Below are positions 26,491 to 39,900 of a stretch of 64,000 bases of DNA, one piece after another (positions within the stretch are counted from its first letter, which is position 1; every line of letters starts with the position of its first letter). The translations under genes were made by a program, and so were the position numbers. This DNA is from Phallusia mammillata (taxonomy: Eukaryota): assembly GCA_965637545.1 (NCBI GenBank), contig OZ281501.1, positions 1,116,001 through 1,180,000 on the forward strand. The letters run 5' to 3'. The notes under the pieces are model-generated. The model was given only the letters and a program-made list of their open reading frames with translations. It did not search any database and was not told the DNA's origin.

Positions 26491-29400
26491 ACATAAAAAG
26501 TTCCATTCTGTTGACCACAAACTATCCTTACTTTACATCCAAATTCATTTTGCATCAATTTAGTATTTGTTAGTGTAAAATACTTATCACCAAACGGGCT
26601 CTGAAGTATAGAATTTAACCATCAGTTATCTATGATTTACCAGTCGCATTTAAACTTTTGCACAAACAATGTCGTAAACTTGTAACTAAAAAATGCCGGT
26701 GTAATTATTGTGTCCATTGCTGTTGTCTCACCCAGTGTCTCATCATAATAAACAAGAAACAAAAAACTGATTCCCTGGAGTAAGTGGTTCTGCCTATTGC
26801 AGTTGTTTTTTAAGTGTTTTCTTCAAAAATGGAGTTAACACAGATTCTACATAATTAACATTGCATCAAAATTGAATAAATTCTGAAGTTATACTTGAAG
26901 TATTGCACCAGGGTGTGCTGACAAACTGTATATTTATTTTAAATAAAGTAACCAGTGGTTTTTGAAACAATGTACTTCTATAGGCAACATTAGCCAAAAA
27001 AAACTCTAGTGGTCCATGTAAAAGTGTCTTAGTGTGCAACCAAATATACAAACTACAAAATCATATTTTTACTATGGTTATATTCTTTGTGTTTTGTATC
27101 TGTGCTTTAAAAACCTATGAAAATCAATTCACCAAAATTTTATGATTCTTAACATGCAAGATAAGTTAACATGTGCACTTGATAAAGTCTCTATATGTAA
27201 AGACATGAAAAGTTTGAAAAAGAAAAACTTTTTCAGTAAACATTTGGAGAAGGATGTTAAAGTCCAAGTTTGAAACGTTTTAAGTGGTACTTGCTGAGTG
27301 AAAATATGTTGCAAAATTATTAACTGCCGAACAGAGCCCAGCATAAAACCAGGCAACAATTGCAGTATCTCTGAAACGAAAATGGATACAAAAATAAAAT
27401 TTTGACACAATATTCTATGCTCTGTAAGCTGTTCAGCACACAAACCTTTTTTTTAGATTTTTTGTGCAGTTTAGTCAGTTGTTAATACAACAACATATCA
27501 CATAATATAAAAACTGTATTTGAATGACATGCTAACTTCATATTTTTTTTTATATATATTTAATGTTACAGCTAAACATAGTTTTTTGTCATCTTATTCA
27601 ATCAACAAAAGTTTGTATGACTGCAGATTACATATTTTTATTAAAATTGAAATGTGGAGTAGGTTGTTTGTGCAGGAAATGGAAATTATCATTACTGTCA
27701 TGTGTTAATTAACTTTGATTTGAAGATTTAAATAGGCTTTCTTAATCTTACTTTATGGCAAATTCTTATTTTGCTTCAAAAACAGGCTTTTAAAACTATC
27801 AAAAACATTTTAGAAGGGTTAAGATGTTTTTCTCTTTCCTTTTGTTCAACATCAGTCAAAACACTGACGATCTAAGCTTTTGTCTAAAAACTTGAAGGTA
27901 ATGTTGACATAAACCAAAGTAAGTGTATGCAATACACAATTCATTTAGAAAGCATAATATTTTGTCCATAATTTTAAACATATTTTAAACATGTGGTCAT
28001 CACCATCCAGGCTAATATTGTGTTTGTTTGTTTAACCTTTGCTTCACACAAAATATTTAATGATAATGCAACAGACATACTACTGCTGCATGACCCAGTA
28101 TAGATACAAAGTTTTAGATTCATGTGTTTTACTCATTTGTCATTGTATGTGTAAAATAGGAAGAGCCCTTAGCATTTGCATTTAAAACCACACTGTAGGG
28201 CTTTGACATCTTTTTACAGCTTGCAACCACTGGGTATAAATAGAACTCGTTTGCCAATTTCAAGCATTTAATGTTATTAAGAGACATATGTTTAATTATC
28301 GGTCTCCTGAAGGGAACACATATGTGGAAGTTTGTCAATGCACTTTTGGCATTAATTGTTTAAAAGATTTGGATGAAACTTTTACAGATATGGTCATGTA
28401 GATTTTATTTACCCCACTAGCCCCCTAGAATGGGTGAATTTTCAACCAATGTTTGAATTGAATAAATTTTGACATGTTGTTCATTTTGCCATAGTTAGGT
28501 GTCAATTGTTGTTTCACCCTATAACCCCAGTTTGTGCACATTTTTAGATCTCAATTGTCAAGTTTTCTCATGCAGTCAAATCAGTTGCTCCATTTGCCCA
28601 CTAAAAAGGGTAAACTTTTTTAACATTGCATTTTATAAAATTCGGACAGTTTTGTAGAATAAGCCATTTTGACCTGTTAATTGTTATGTTTTATCATGTA
28701 GCCCCACCATTTAGCGCAGTAACCTCTAAAATGAGTAAATTTTGCAAACAATAGCTGAATTGAATGCGACTTGTATAGTTTGCAAGTCCAATAGCATGAA
28801 TATTTCAGCACATTATTATAACCAAGCTTTAAATCATAGCACCACAATTTGTGGTAGTTATTTCATGAAATACATTGTTTAAGAAACAACTAAGGTTATA
28901 AAAGAAAGTGGCTTATATGGGACTGTTATCAAAAAAAGTTTAGGATATATGCATATGTTCTTGTTGATTGCAGTTGCAGCATTGCTGGTTGATATAATGC
29001 AATAGAACAATACACAGCTCTGCACAACACACTAAGGATGGAAAGAAAATGTGGATTGCTTATCAGAAATGTGATTAATACATTTTCCAAGAAACAGGCT
29101 CGGTAACAGCAACAGAACAAAGCACCACAAACATGTGAGAATAAGTCATCTTCCGCTCTATCCTGGCAAAGGAAAAAAGGTAAATCTGCAAGCTTGCATG
29201 GTGTTTAGATGTTGAAAACAAACTATGAGTAGCTAGCTGTGCAATGTGTCCTTTGTGATTCGCCCCTTCCAATCACATGACAATAAGCATGCCACAAGAC
29301 TGCAAGAGTCAATTGGTATTTGCAGGCTTTGCATTTTATTGCTGCAGTATTCGCCCAACAATACATTTCAGTTGTTCCAAACATTAACAAATTCACAGAC

Positions 29401-29666
29401 ACTCTCCCTTAGCATAAAATTAACTATATACTGAATTTAAAATATTCAAAGAAATTTATTTTGTCAATCATGTGATACATTAGCTAATTTGTTGCAACAC
29501 TGCAAACCAAACCGTGCTGCCGTTGCAGTGATATCGCCTGCCAATTCAACCGGATAAATATGGGTTTGGGTTGTGATTAAGAAGCTATTAAAGACCTGGA
29601 ACAGTTTAACTTTGTGAAGACGCATTCTTCGAATTGGCAACTTGGATGCAGCACGTTGTAAATGTT

Positions 29667-29778
29667 TTTTTGTTTTTTTTTTCTTCACGGGGTTCGAACC
29701 CAGGAACCTCCCGGGGACGAATCCCGATCAGGTTTTTTATGTCTGTATATGGGTCAGGCGCGCCAGGCCATTCGGCCA
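29667..29778 (-). mobile_element. tRNA-derived short retroposon (SINE-like) with poly-A tail
   Basis: A-box TGGCCGAATGG, B-box GGGTTCGAACCC, A-rich tail, 17-bp TSD AGCACGTTGTAAATGTT (29650-29666, 29779-29795). The empty site is visible upstream of D, E and G. Confidence 0.8.
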
Positions 29779-30434
29779 AGCACGTTGTAAATGTTCACAT
29801 CCATATAGCGGAGGTGTGGGGTGAAACGCCGTCTAGCGGGCATATTTTTTTGACCTACTAGGAGCATGTTTACCGATCACGCCAGCCCTGCGTGATACGT
29901 TGATTAATCTGCGTTTTTGGAACGGGCCTTAGAAGACAATCGAATATAAAATACTAAAGCTAAGTCATCTTCCGCAGCCGAACGCATGAAAACCTCTCTG
30001 GCGGGCACCGCTCATTTACACGAAAAAGGCAGGACTGTTACACAAATTGAAAAAAATTTAACTGATATATTCAATAGCATTAACATGTTATTATCTGGCA
30101 GCATGGGCAAGTGGTTTGGTGTGCTGGGGCGGTTTAAAAATGCTATGTTTATTTGCCACTTTGAGTGGTAATGACCATTAAAAACGTTACCTTGCTTTGA
30201 TTTGGTAAAGCAAGTAACTCAGAACCATAAGCAAAGTTTTGAAAAGAGGTTTATTTGAAGTTAAAACTGCTAGAGAAAAACTAATAAATACAACCTACTG
30301 TGCGCGGCTATAAAAGTGTACGATGTTTAAACGAAATCTGTCGGACCTTTATTTTACGTTTATGGTGACCTGCTGTTTATTTTCGGTGTTTCTAAAATAG
30401 TAATTATTTTTAGGTTAAACTGACTTCGGAAAAA

Positions 30435-33400
30435 ATGTTTAAAGTTTTGTTTGGATTGTTCCTTTTTGCTCTTGTCCTAGAGTACCAGCAGACAAACGGT
30501 AAGATACATTTCTGGGGTTGATATTATTGCTACCCAATACATACGTGTCTTGCTGTTTAGGGCATCTTGGTAAAAGCCCAAATATTTTCCTTTACTTTGT
30601 AGCATATTGTTTTGGTTGAATTCTTCAGTTAACCTTTCTTAGGAATAATTAGCTTTATTGCATCCAGTTAACTCATGAACTTCTATTTCAGCCTGCCCAA
30701 GATGGTGTTTCGCCAAGAACAGGTGTTACTTGCCAGTGAACGACTCATGCACCGATTGTCTCAAAGGCGTTTGTGGTAAGTACAATAGTCAGTTCACCAA
30801 TAACTCAGTTAATGTCATGCTACAACAAAGTAAATATCTCTGTACTGCTTCTGTATTTATGTCTATAGCGTGAAATTCGATACTGATCAACAATAACCAC
30901 AATATGGTTTGTAATCGTCAAGTGTATTGGGACAATAGGTTAAAGATTTTTAATACCGTGTTGTGGACCAAATGTTGCATGTTTTTGCTCATGGCAAATT
31001 ATTGCATTGACTATATAAATAGATGCCGGTAGTGCGTTAGTAGTATCAAGAACGCAACCTTAATACAAATCTGTCTGCTTTCTGATTTCTATTTAAATCA
31101 ATTAACACAAATCTCTTTTACACTCAAACTGTTTTCACGCGAAGTTATTACCAGTTTTGCCGATTCTTGTAGTACTGTTGTTTTCAAACTAAAAAGGAAG
31201 AATTACTATTGTTCTGACAGGCGAAGACTTTCCAAAGCCATTCAAAACTGAGTTTGGAAGAGCCTGTGTCTTTCGCGCCATGAAAAGAAACGCAGATTGC
31301 AAAAAAGAATGTGGATCAATCAGTACGAAGAAATTAAACAACTACAACAAGGCTTGCAAAAAATGCCTTCGCCCATGTATTGGTAAGTTTCAAAGTGGAA
31401 TTTACAAAGTTGGGATTTTGTATTTCTTACTAATTTTTTTGGGTCTTTTATAAGTCGTTGAAAACAAAAACTTTTTAATAGGTGTTCGGCAAACTAACAA
31501 ACTTGATATTGATATTTTTTCCGACTCCTATTCGTAATAAAAAACACAAAATGTCATTCAGCAAACTTCAACGTGATAGATAAGGACAAAAATCAAGAAA
31601 ATAAGGTTTTAACTATGCCTTGTACATTCGCATTTCAATACAAATCCCTGAAACGTGAAATCCTGTCATAACGAGTATTTTCGCTTCATATGCGTGTTGT
31701 AACTTTTCATGCGATTTTGTAAAAACTTCTTGCTTGACTTTGTCCTTGAAAATGAAAAACTCACGTTTGTTTTGTAGAGGAGGCCAAAGAAACGCCAGAA
31801 AATTACTGCGAGGGTACTCTCCCAGAACCACCACCACCTCTCCCAGCAGCAAGTTCCCCATTCGATCCTGTAAAACTGGTGAAGGAAATGATGCAACCAA
31901 GCGCCGACGATAATATGACGATGACTTCTCGACCATGCGGTCCCTGTTACGACGGAACGAGCTGTCTAACTGACATGGAGACGGAACAACTGCCGCCGTT
32001 TTGCCTCACGTACATCTTCACAAAATGCTCAAGCAAGTGCAAAATAATATTCTTTAAAAATATGGTTTAACTTAATGATTTTTTTTTAAATGCAAGCGAT
32101 CCCGATTTTCGGTTTATCGCAAGTTTGTTAAACGTTAATGTCTGCAGTATTTCTAAATTGTGAGCATAACTTGGTCCAAACTCGTCATAAGTTCATTAAC
32201 AAATACGTCAAAGAGCTGAAGCTGGTGGTTGTGGATCGGCCAAATGAGCTGAACGATTTCTCGTCGCCGGCTGCACTGTTGAGACCTTCTAGGTCCAAAC
32301 GGTGTGCACTGTCTGCAGCTTATCATGTGATAGCTCTATGCTTGTAGATCAGTGGTTCCCAACCTGGGGTTCGCGGACCCCCTGGGGGTCCGTGAGATGG
32401 TTTTAGGGGGGTTGGAAACAATTTTTAAGTTGCCAAACCGTTTTTTACAATTCTGCATACAAGTGCTAAATGTTTATCAAACCTTTGGATCAAAAATTTA
32501 ATTTTTTTGATTTTTATGTGATTGCTACCTCCATTGTGACATCACAACACACATGAACAATAGACTTTATAGTGCTTTGTTCAAAGTGTACACCATAAAA
32601 TTTATTTATTTCTTGCAGTGGCTGGTACTAATTCTTTAAGGACTGTGGGGGTTGAATAAAATGCTGCCTCAAAAAGCGAAAGTATAAGAACATGTGATGC
32701 AAGAAACGAAAAACATAACAAGACTAGACTACTTTGGGGGTCCGCTGACCTATAAAATTTATAACAGGGGTTCGTGACTACAAAAAGGTTGGGAACCACT
32801 GTTTTAGATAAATAAGTTTATAGTTTTCGAAAATTTTTGATTTACACAGTTTGGTGACTTATATTATCTTTGTAGTGGACCCAGGCGGCCTAAATGCCTT
32901 CGAGTGCCTCGCCCAGAAATGGGCAGATCCATGCTCTGAGTGTCCCGGCGACTTCGATGTAAGCCGACTTCCGGCCTGTGGAGACTGTCTCCTTAATTGT
33001 TCAGGTAAGAAAATTTGTAATACTACGTCACTACAAATGTCATGCTTGCTAACAAACAGTGATCACAAGCAAATTTGTAAAACAGTCCAAAACGTTTGTA
33101 CGAAAACCTAGCACACGTTGTTCGTAAAAACACAAAACCTGTTTTAAACTTGATTGCAAGACACACAGGATGACGTCACAAATAATGACGTCATACGTTT
33201 GCTCAAAGCTTAGAACATGACTTTAAAGCAGCTACGCCTCTTTTGATAGATCACTCTAATAATGTACAGGTAAATTTTTATTATGAAGTCACGGTCACAT
33301 TACGTCATAGGTTCACTTGTGACGAAAACTTTGTGATGCTTAACACTGCAAATTATTAATCAGAATTTTGTGCGGGCCCTTGAACAAACAATATTGTATT

Positions 33401-34269
33401 GTTGTATTTTTCAGCGAAGACTGTATGTGCATTGCAATGCGAGTTTTCGAGACCAATGTACCCATTGTCCATCCCGTGTTCAAAGTGCGCTGGTCTCTGC
33501 AGAGGTGAATTTACCTTCAATTCAACGTTGTCATTGATGCAGCCCTTCACAAATTGTTGCTTAATGATTTTATTACATAATGCTGGAGATAGCCGGCCGC
33601 GGATAAGCTCCTGTCGTGGGTTTGAATCCCACCGCAGGTTACATTTTTTTAGTTTACATTGAAAAAGGCTCTTGATTAGAGATTTCAGAATCGCAAATTA
33701 ATTACTTTAATATTAAAAAAAGAATATTAGAAATACGAATGACCTAATGTTTTGAACTTACGTTTAATGCCATCAAGGTTTATTATAGTTTTCATCCACC
33801 AAGCAATGATCTGGATGTTTTCAGATTAAAAACTTTTTTTATTGTTGCAGTGACACCTGGTAATTTTGATACGTGCATGCGGAATAAATGTCCGGATTGT
33901 AATGATTGTAACGCGTGTTTCGACGAGTGTGAAGCTGGTGAGTAATTTGATCCGCTCACTTGGTTGCTCACCCCTACAAATCCTTTATGTTAACAGCACG
34001 ACATAAAAACACTTGAGCAGGGAAATTAGGCACTGCCACTGCTTTACTCAAAATCTAGCAATCCAAAATATACATTTTTTATCAACTTAGCAGTTGTCGG
34101 CGTGAAATAAGTAATAATTTAAACCTTTAATTTGCTGTGTAAGGATGAAGCTAACATGCTACACATGAAATTGCCAGGAACGCTTGGTACTAATGACACT
34201 CACTTGTCTATTTCAGAGGGTTACGTGAAGAATCAATGCAGCTGCTTCAGGCCTTTTGAATTTTTGTAA
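30435..34269 (+). CDS. Secreted Cys-rich protein, copy C (37 Cys, poly-Pro linker, one GC-AG intron)
   Basis: Exons 30435-30498, 30692-30775, 31221-31382, 31778-32032 (GC donor), 32876-33004, 33415-33502, 33851-33938, 34217-34269. MFKVLFGLFLFALVLEYQQTNACPRWCF... ends QCSCFRPFEFL*. Confidence 0.87.
32350..32801. mobile_element. hAT MITE (CAGTGGTTCCCAACC family)
   Basis: CAGTGGTTCCCAACCT ... AGGTTGGGAACCACTG. TSD TTGTAGAT/TTTTAGAT. Confidence 0.85.
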
Positions 34270-36951
34270 TGAATATAGAAGACCACTTATAGATAACGAC
34301 AAACAACCAAGCCACCAATATTATTTTTGATTTTTCTCGAATCTTTAAGTAAAACTGTTTTCCAACCTATTTTGCTGTAACCAAACTTTGATGAATGTAT
34401 ACTGTTTCGATGTCAGCATAATAAACCAGATATACTTGATTTATTTAGTTTGTTTTACTTATTTTAGGTGTAATATGATTAATAGCTTGATAGCGTTCAC
34501 TTAAAATGGGGGTTAATATGGTCAAATGCCTAATAAATGTTCACATTAAAATAGTTCCGAACGCGTCCAAACAACACCGTTGATGAAGGGTTGATGTCTT
34601 GATACGTTCGTAATATGTGTAACATTTTAGGGCGTTATATGTGTGTTGTTCCAAACCACTGGACGAAATAGGGGTTTTAAGTAAGAGTAGAATCGTTGTA
34701 TTATCTGGGAAATTGTAAGTATGCGATAAGTGAATGCTAACATTTACCCAAACATTTCTCGACATATCCAACGTATAACTGGAATATACCACAAAATGAA
34801 GACACTTAAGTTTAATTGGAGATTTTATCCAAACCTGTTAATACCATGAGAAAAATAACAAAAACTATCTCGAAATGTTTAAACAGAAATGCTAATAACT
34901 GCGCGTTATGTCATTTTTGTGAAATATCACGTATTGAAGTTAGAAAAAAGTTTCGTAATCTAACCTCAACCAGGGACCGAAATTAGCGACAGGAAATATC
35001 TTGACTTCATTGCAGCTGTCGTGTTGCCCGTCGGACTGTTAAGTAATTTCTCGAAAGGCCTTGAAGCACTGTTTTGATAAAGTTGTTTGCTGTGAGGGAT
35101 ACCAAAGTGCTGGGGTTGCTTGAAATCTTCACTTTAACGCTTACTTGATGTGTTCAGAACAGCTGCAAAATATGATTAGACATTTACTGAATAAAGTACG
35201 TCATGTGCACAAATTTATTTACCTTGAGTGTGTGCCGTTGCGCAAATTGGAAGTGCATGGATACGGCACAACTGGCTGATGGCAGCATGCCTGTGGCTGT
35301 CCGTGTCTTTCCTGAGACGCACGTATTGTTCTGCGCGGCTTGCAGTTTTTTGACTTGTTTTTGTGGCGCCAGTCATTCTATTTTGGAAACTGTACTGTGT
35401 GGACCTTGCTTTAAAAAAGACAATATTTGCTTTGAAACTGACTGACAGCTCCTGGGCATCAGCCGAAAAGCTCAAAAGGTTATTTTTCAAATATTCGCGT
35501 ACAAGACCATATTATAAACGCGACATCATGCATTAAAGATTTTGTTGAGAGATAAAGCTAATAGATTATTCAGTTTTGTGGGTTTGGACAAACTGCTAAG
35601 GTGTTTGTGAGTTGTAGTCAAGATTACGGCAAGATTTTGCTTCTGAAAACTTGTACACAATTGTTTTCTTTTTTTAATACCACATTCAACAATAGGCCTC
35701 CTAGTTAGCGCTATCATTTGCTTATATAAACATACTGTAGGGCTTTGACATATTTTTACCAGCTTGCAAACAATTTGGGTATAGAAATATCTTGTTTGTC
35801 AATCTCCAGCACATTAATGTTATTGAGATATTTTGTTGGAGAAATACTTCCCTGTGTTAAATGGTTTTGTTTTAGTTAAGTGCTGTTCTCTAGTTGATAA
35901 CAAGCTAATAGAACAACACACAGCTCTGCACAACACACAAAGGATGGAAAGAGGATGTGGATTGCTTATCAGAAATGTGATTAATACAATTTCAAAGAAA
36001 CAGGCTTGGTAACAGCAACAGAACAAAGCACCACAAACATGTGAGAATAAGTCATCTTCCGCTCTATCCTGGCAAAGAGAAAAAGGTAAATCTGTAAGCT
36101 TGCATGGTGTTTAGATGTCGAAAACAAACTATGAGCAGCTAGCTGTGCAATGTGTCCTATTGTGATTCGTCCCTTCCAATCACATGAGACTAAGCATGCC
36201 ACAAGGTGGTAATTACAGGCGTTGCATTTTATTGCTGCAGTTTTTGGACAACAATGCATTTCAGTTGTTCCCAACATTAACAAACTCACAGACACCCACC
36301 ATTAGCATAAAATTAACTGTATACTGAATTTAAAATATTCAAAGAAATTTAAGACCTGGAACAGATAAACTTTTCGATGTATAAACAAATTCTTCAAATG
36401 TGCAACTTGGCTGTAGCGCATTGTAAATGTTCACATCCAAATTGCGGTTGTGTTGGGTAAAACGCTACCTAGCGGGAATATTTTTTCGACCTACCAGGAG
36501 CATGTTTACCGATCACGCCAGCCCTGCGTGATACGGTGATTAATCAGTGTTTTTGAAACGGGCTTTCGGAGACAATCGAATATAATATACCAAAGCTAAG
36601 TCATCTTCCGCAAGTGCATGAACGCACGAAACCCTCTTCGACAGGAACTGTTCACATACACGAAAAAGGCAGGCCGGTTATACAAATCGAGATGCAGTTA
36701 ACTGATATGATCAATAGCATTAACATGTTAACAGGTTGTTCAGTGTGTTGGGTCCGTTTGATAAACGCTTAGTTTATTCGCCACCTTAACCGGTTTGCTT
36801 GCTTTGATTTGGTAACAAAATCCATCCTACTGTACCGGGCTATCAACGAACTCTTTTGAAACCCTTATTTTACGTTTATGGTGACCTGTTTTATATTTTT
36901 GGTGTTTCTAAAATAGTAATTATTTTCAGGTTAAAACCGACTTTAGGAAAA

Positions 36952-39900
36952 ATGTTGAAAGTTTTGTTTGAATTGCTCCTTTTTGCTCTTGTACTAGAGT
37001 ACCAGCAGACAAACGGTAAGATGCATTTCAGGGGTTGATATTATTGCTACCCAATATATACGTGACTTGCTGTTTAGGGCGTCTTGGTAAATGTGTAAAC
37101 GTTTTCCTTTACTAGTAGATTTTTTCTGTTGAACTCTACTCAACTTTTTTGCGGATTAATTAGCTTTATTGTATCCAGTTAACTAATGAACTTCTATTTC
37201 AGCCTGCCCAAAAATGGTGTTTCGCCAACAGCAGGTGTTACCGGCCACGAATGAACAGCTGCACCGATTGTCTTAAAGGCGTTTGCGGTAAGTACAATTG
37301 CTAGTTTACCAGCACCGCTGGGAATGTCTTATAACCAGTGTAATCAGTTTTTTTAAGGTTTAGTTTGGGTGACCGCTAAGTAGTTTTAAGAGACCGCAAG
37401 TGTTTCTTTTAAATACCAAAAAATAGCCATATTTGCTTAAACGAATTATTTATTAGGCTACTGGCAAATTTTGGGAAACCGCTGGAGAAATTAAAAAAAA
37501 CGGTCCCCCAAAACCGAAACGGTCCCCCAAAACACCTTAAAAAACACTGAGTGTAATATTTGTACTGCTTCTGTATCTACGTTGTAGAGTAAAATTTGTA
37601 ATAACAATCACCACAGAATTGCAAGTTCATATGGTTTGTGGTTGTCAAGTTTTACTTGATTTTAATATCATGTTGGTGACCAAATGTTGCATGTTTTTGC
37701 TCATGGCAAACTATGGCATTGACCGCAAATCAATACCGGTAGTGCCTTACACTAAAAACTAGAAATATTTAACAGCGTTTTAAATTGGGGATGAATACAA
37801 AATATTTCTGTTGTTTTATTACTATAACCACAGTTGATGTGTTCGATGAACTGTTGAGGAAAAAATTATATTGTTCTGGCAGGCGAAGACTTTATGAACC
37901 CATTCGAAACAGACTTTGGAAGAGTCTGTGTTTTGCGCGCCATGAGATTAAAATCACAATGCAAAGAAATATGTGGATCAGTCAATGTGAACAAATTAAA
38001 GAGACTCAACACGGCTTGCAAACAATGCCTTAAGCCATGTATTGGTAAGTTTCAAACTCGAATTTACAAAGCTGACATACTGTATTTCTTGCTGATTTGT
38101 TTCGTGTCTTTTATAAGTCGCAGTTGTTGTTTGTTTTGTTTTTTTCGGAAAAACAAAAACTTTTTACTGAGAATTCGGCAAACTAACAAACTTGATTTTT
38201 TTCCGGCACCAATTTGGAATAAAATCACAAAATGTTATTCAGCTAAATACAATGTGATGTGTGAGAACAAAAATCAACAAAATAAGGTTTTAATTATGCC
38301 TTGTACATTATCATTTTGTCATAAACCCTGAAACGTGAAATCCTGTCATAACGAGTATTTCACTCCGCGCGTTGTAACTTTTTATGCGATTTTGTAAAAA
38401 CTTCTAGCTTGACTTTGTTGCCTGAAAACGAAAAAACTCGCGTTTGTTTTGTAGAGGAGGCCAAAGAAGCATCAGAGCCCCTGCATCACAACCCTTAGCA
38501 ACAGACTTCCTTATCAATCCTGTAAAACTGGCGATGGAAGTGATGAAACCGAGGGCCGCCGAAAATATGACGATGCCTTCTGAACCATGCGGCTCCTGTT
38601 ACAACGCCCAAACCTGTCCAACTGAAATGGAGATGAATGAACTGCCGCCGTATTGTCTCACATACATCCTCTCAAAATGCTTAACAAGTGCAAATTGTAA
38701 AAACAAGCTGCAATGTTTCACTTAAAGCAGTTTGTTTTTACAAATTTAGGCGATTTCGTTTTACTGCATATCAAATCTTAAAACTTCACTAGTTTCGAAA
38801 ATGTTTCGGTCCTCACTTCGCCGAAATGGAGTTGACATGACAAGGCGACCTGTATAGAACGTCACACGTCGGAATGAAATAACAATTGCCAGAAGAGCTC
38901 TATAAACTTGATATTATGCCTGGCAGAAATAGCTTATATAAATAAGTTTATAAATTTTTTAAAATGTTTTGGCCTACACAGTTCAGTAACCTCTATAATC
39001 TTTGCAGTAAACAACGAAACGGCCAACCAAACGCCATTCGAGTGCTTTGCCGAACATTGGAATGATTCATGTTCTACTTGTCCCGCAGACTTTGATGCAA
39101 CCCGCTTCATACGATGCGAAGACTGTATCACTACTTGTCCAGGTAAGAAACTTTGCAAACCTTCGCCATTACAAATGCTATGCTTGCTAATAAACAGTGA
39201 TCAAATGCGAAGTTGTAAAACAGCGCAAAATGATTGCACGAAAACCTAGCTCTCGTTGTTCAGTAAAACACAAAAAACTTGAATGCAAGACACACAAGAT
39301 GACGTCACAAACAATGAAGTCATACGTTTGCTTAAAACATAAAAATGACTTTGGGGTGACCGCATCCAAATCTGCAAAACGCTCCGGCGTTCGTAAACAC
39401 ATCACAAATAGTTGGCTACACCTTTTTTGATAAACCACTTTAATAATGCACAGATAAAGTTTTTTTAGGACGCCAAGGTCGCATTATGTCATAGGTTCAC
39501 TTGTGACGAAAACCTTGTGATTCTTAAAACTGCAAATTATCAATCTGAATTTTGAGAAAGCCGTTGCAAATTGTTGTTGTTGTAATTTTCAGAAAAGATC
39601 ATATGTGCATTGAACTGCACGTTTGACAGACCAATGTACCCCATGAAGATCCCGTGTGCAAAATGCGCTGGTCTCTGCAGAGGTGAGGTTACCTTAAATT
39701 CAACGTTGTAATTGATACAGCCCTTCACAAATTTTTGCTTAATTATTTCACCACATAATATCAGAGGGTGCCGGCCGCGGATAAGCTCCTACCGTGGGTC
39801 GAATCCCACCACAGGTTGCATTTTTTTAGTTTGCATTGGAAAAGGCTCTTGATTAGAGATTTCAGAAGCGTAAATTCGACAAGTCTGAAGACGTCCTTTG

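Noticed and set aside
28929-29272. Conserved antisense small protein (RKMTYSHMFVVLCSV) recurring upstream of each copy
   Set aside because: Starts, stops and frames differ among copies. Explained by DNA-level duplication.
34540-35520. Hidden minus-strand gene between C and D
   Set aside because: GC-richer patches and a few splice-like sites, but stops in the plausible frames and no recognisable motif
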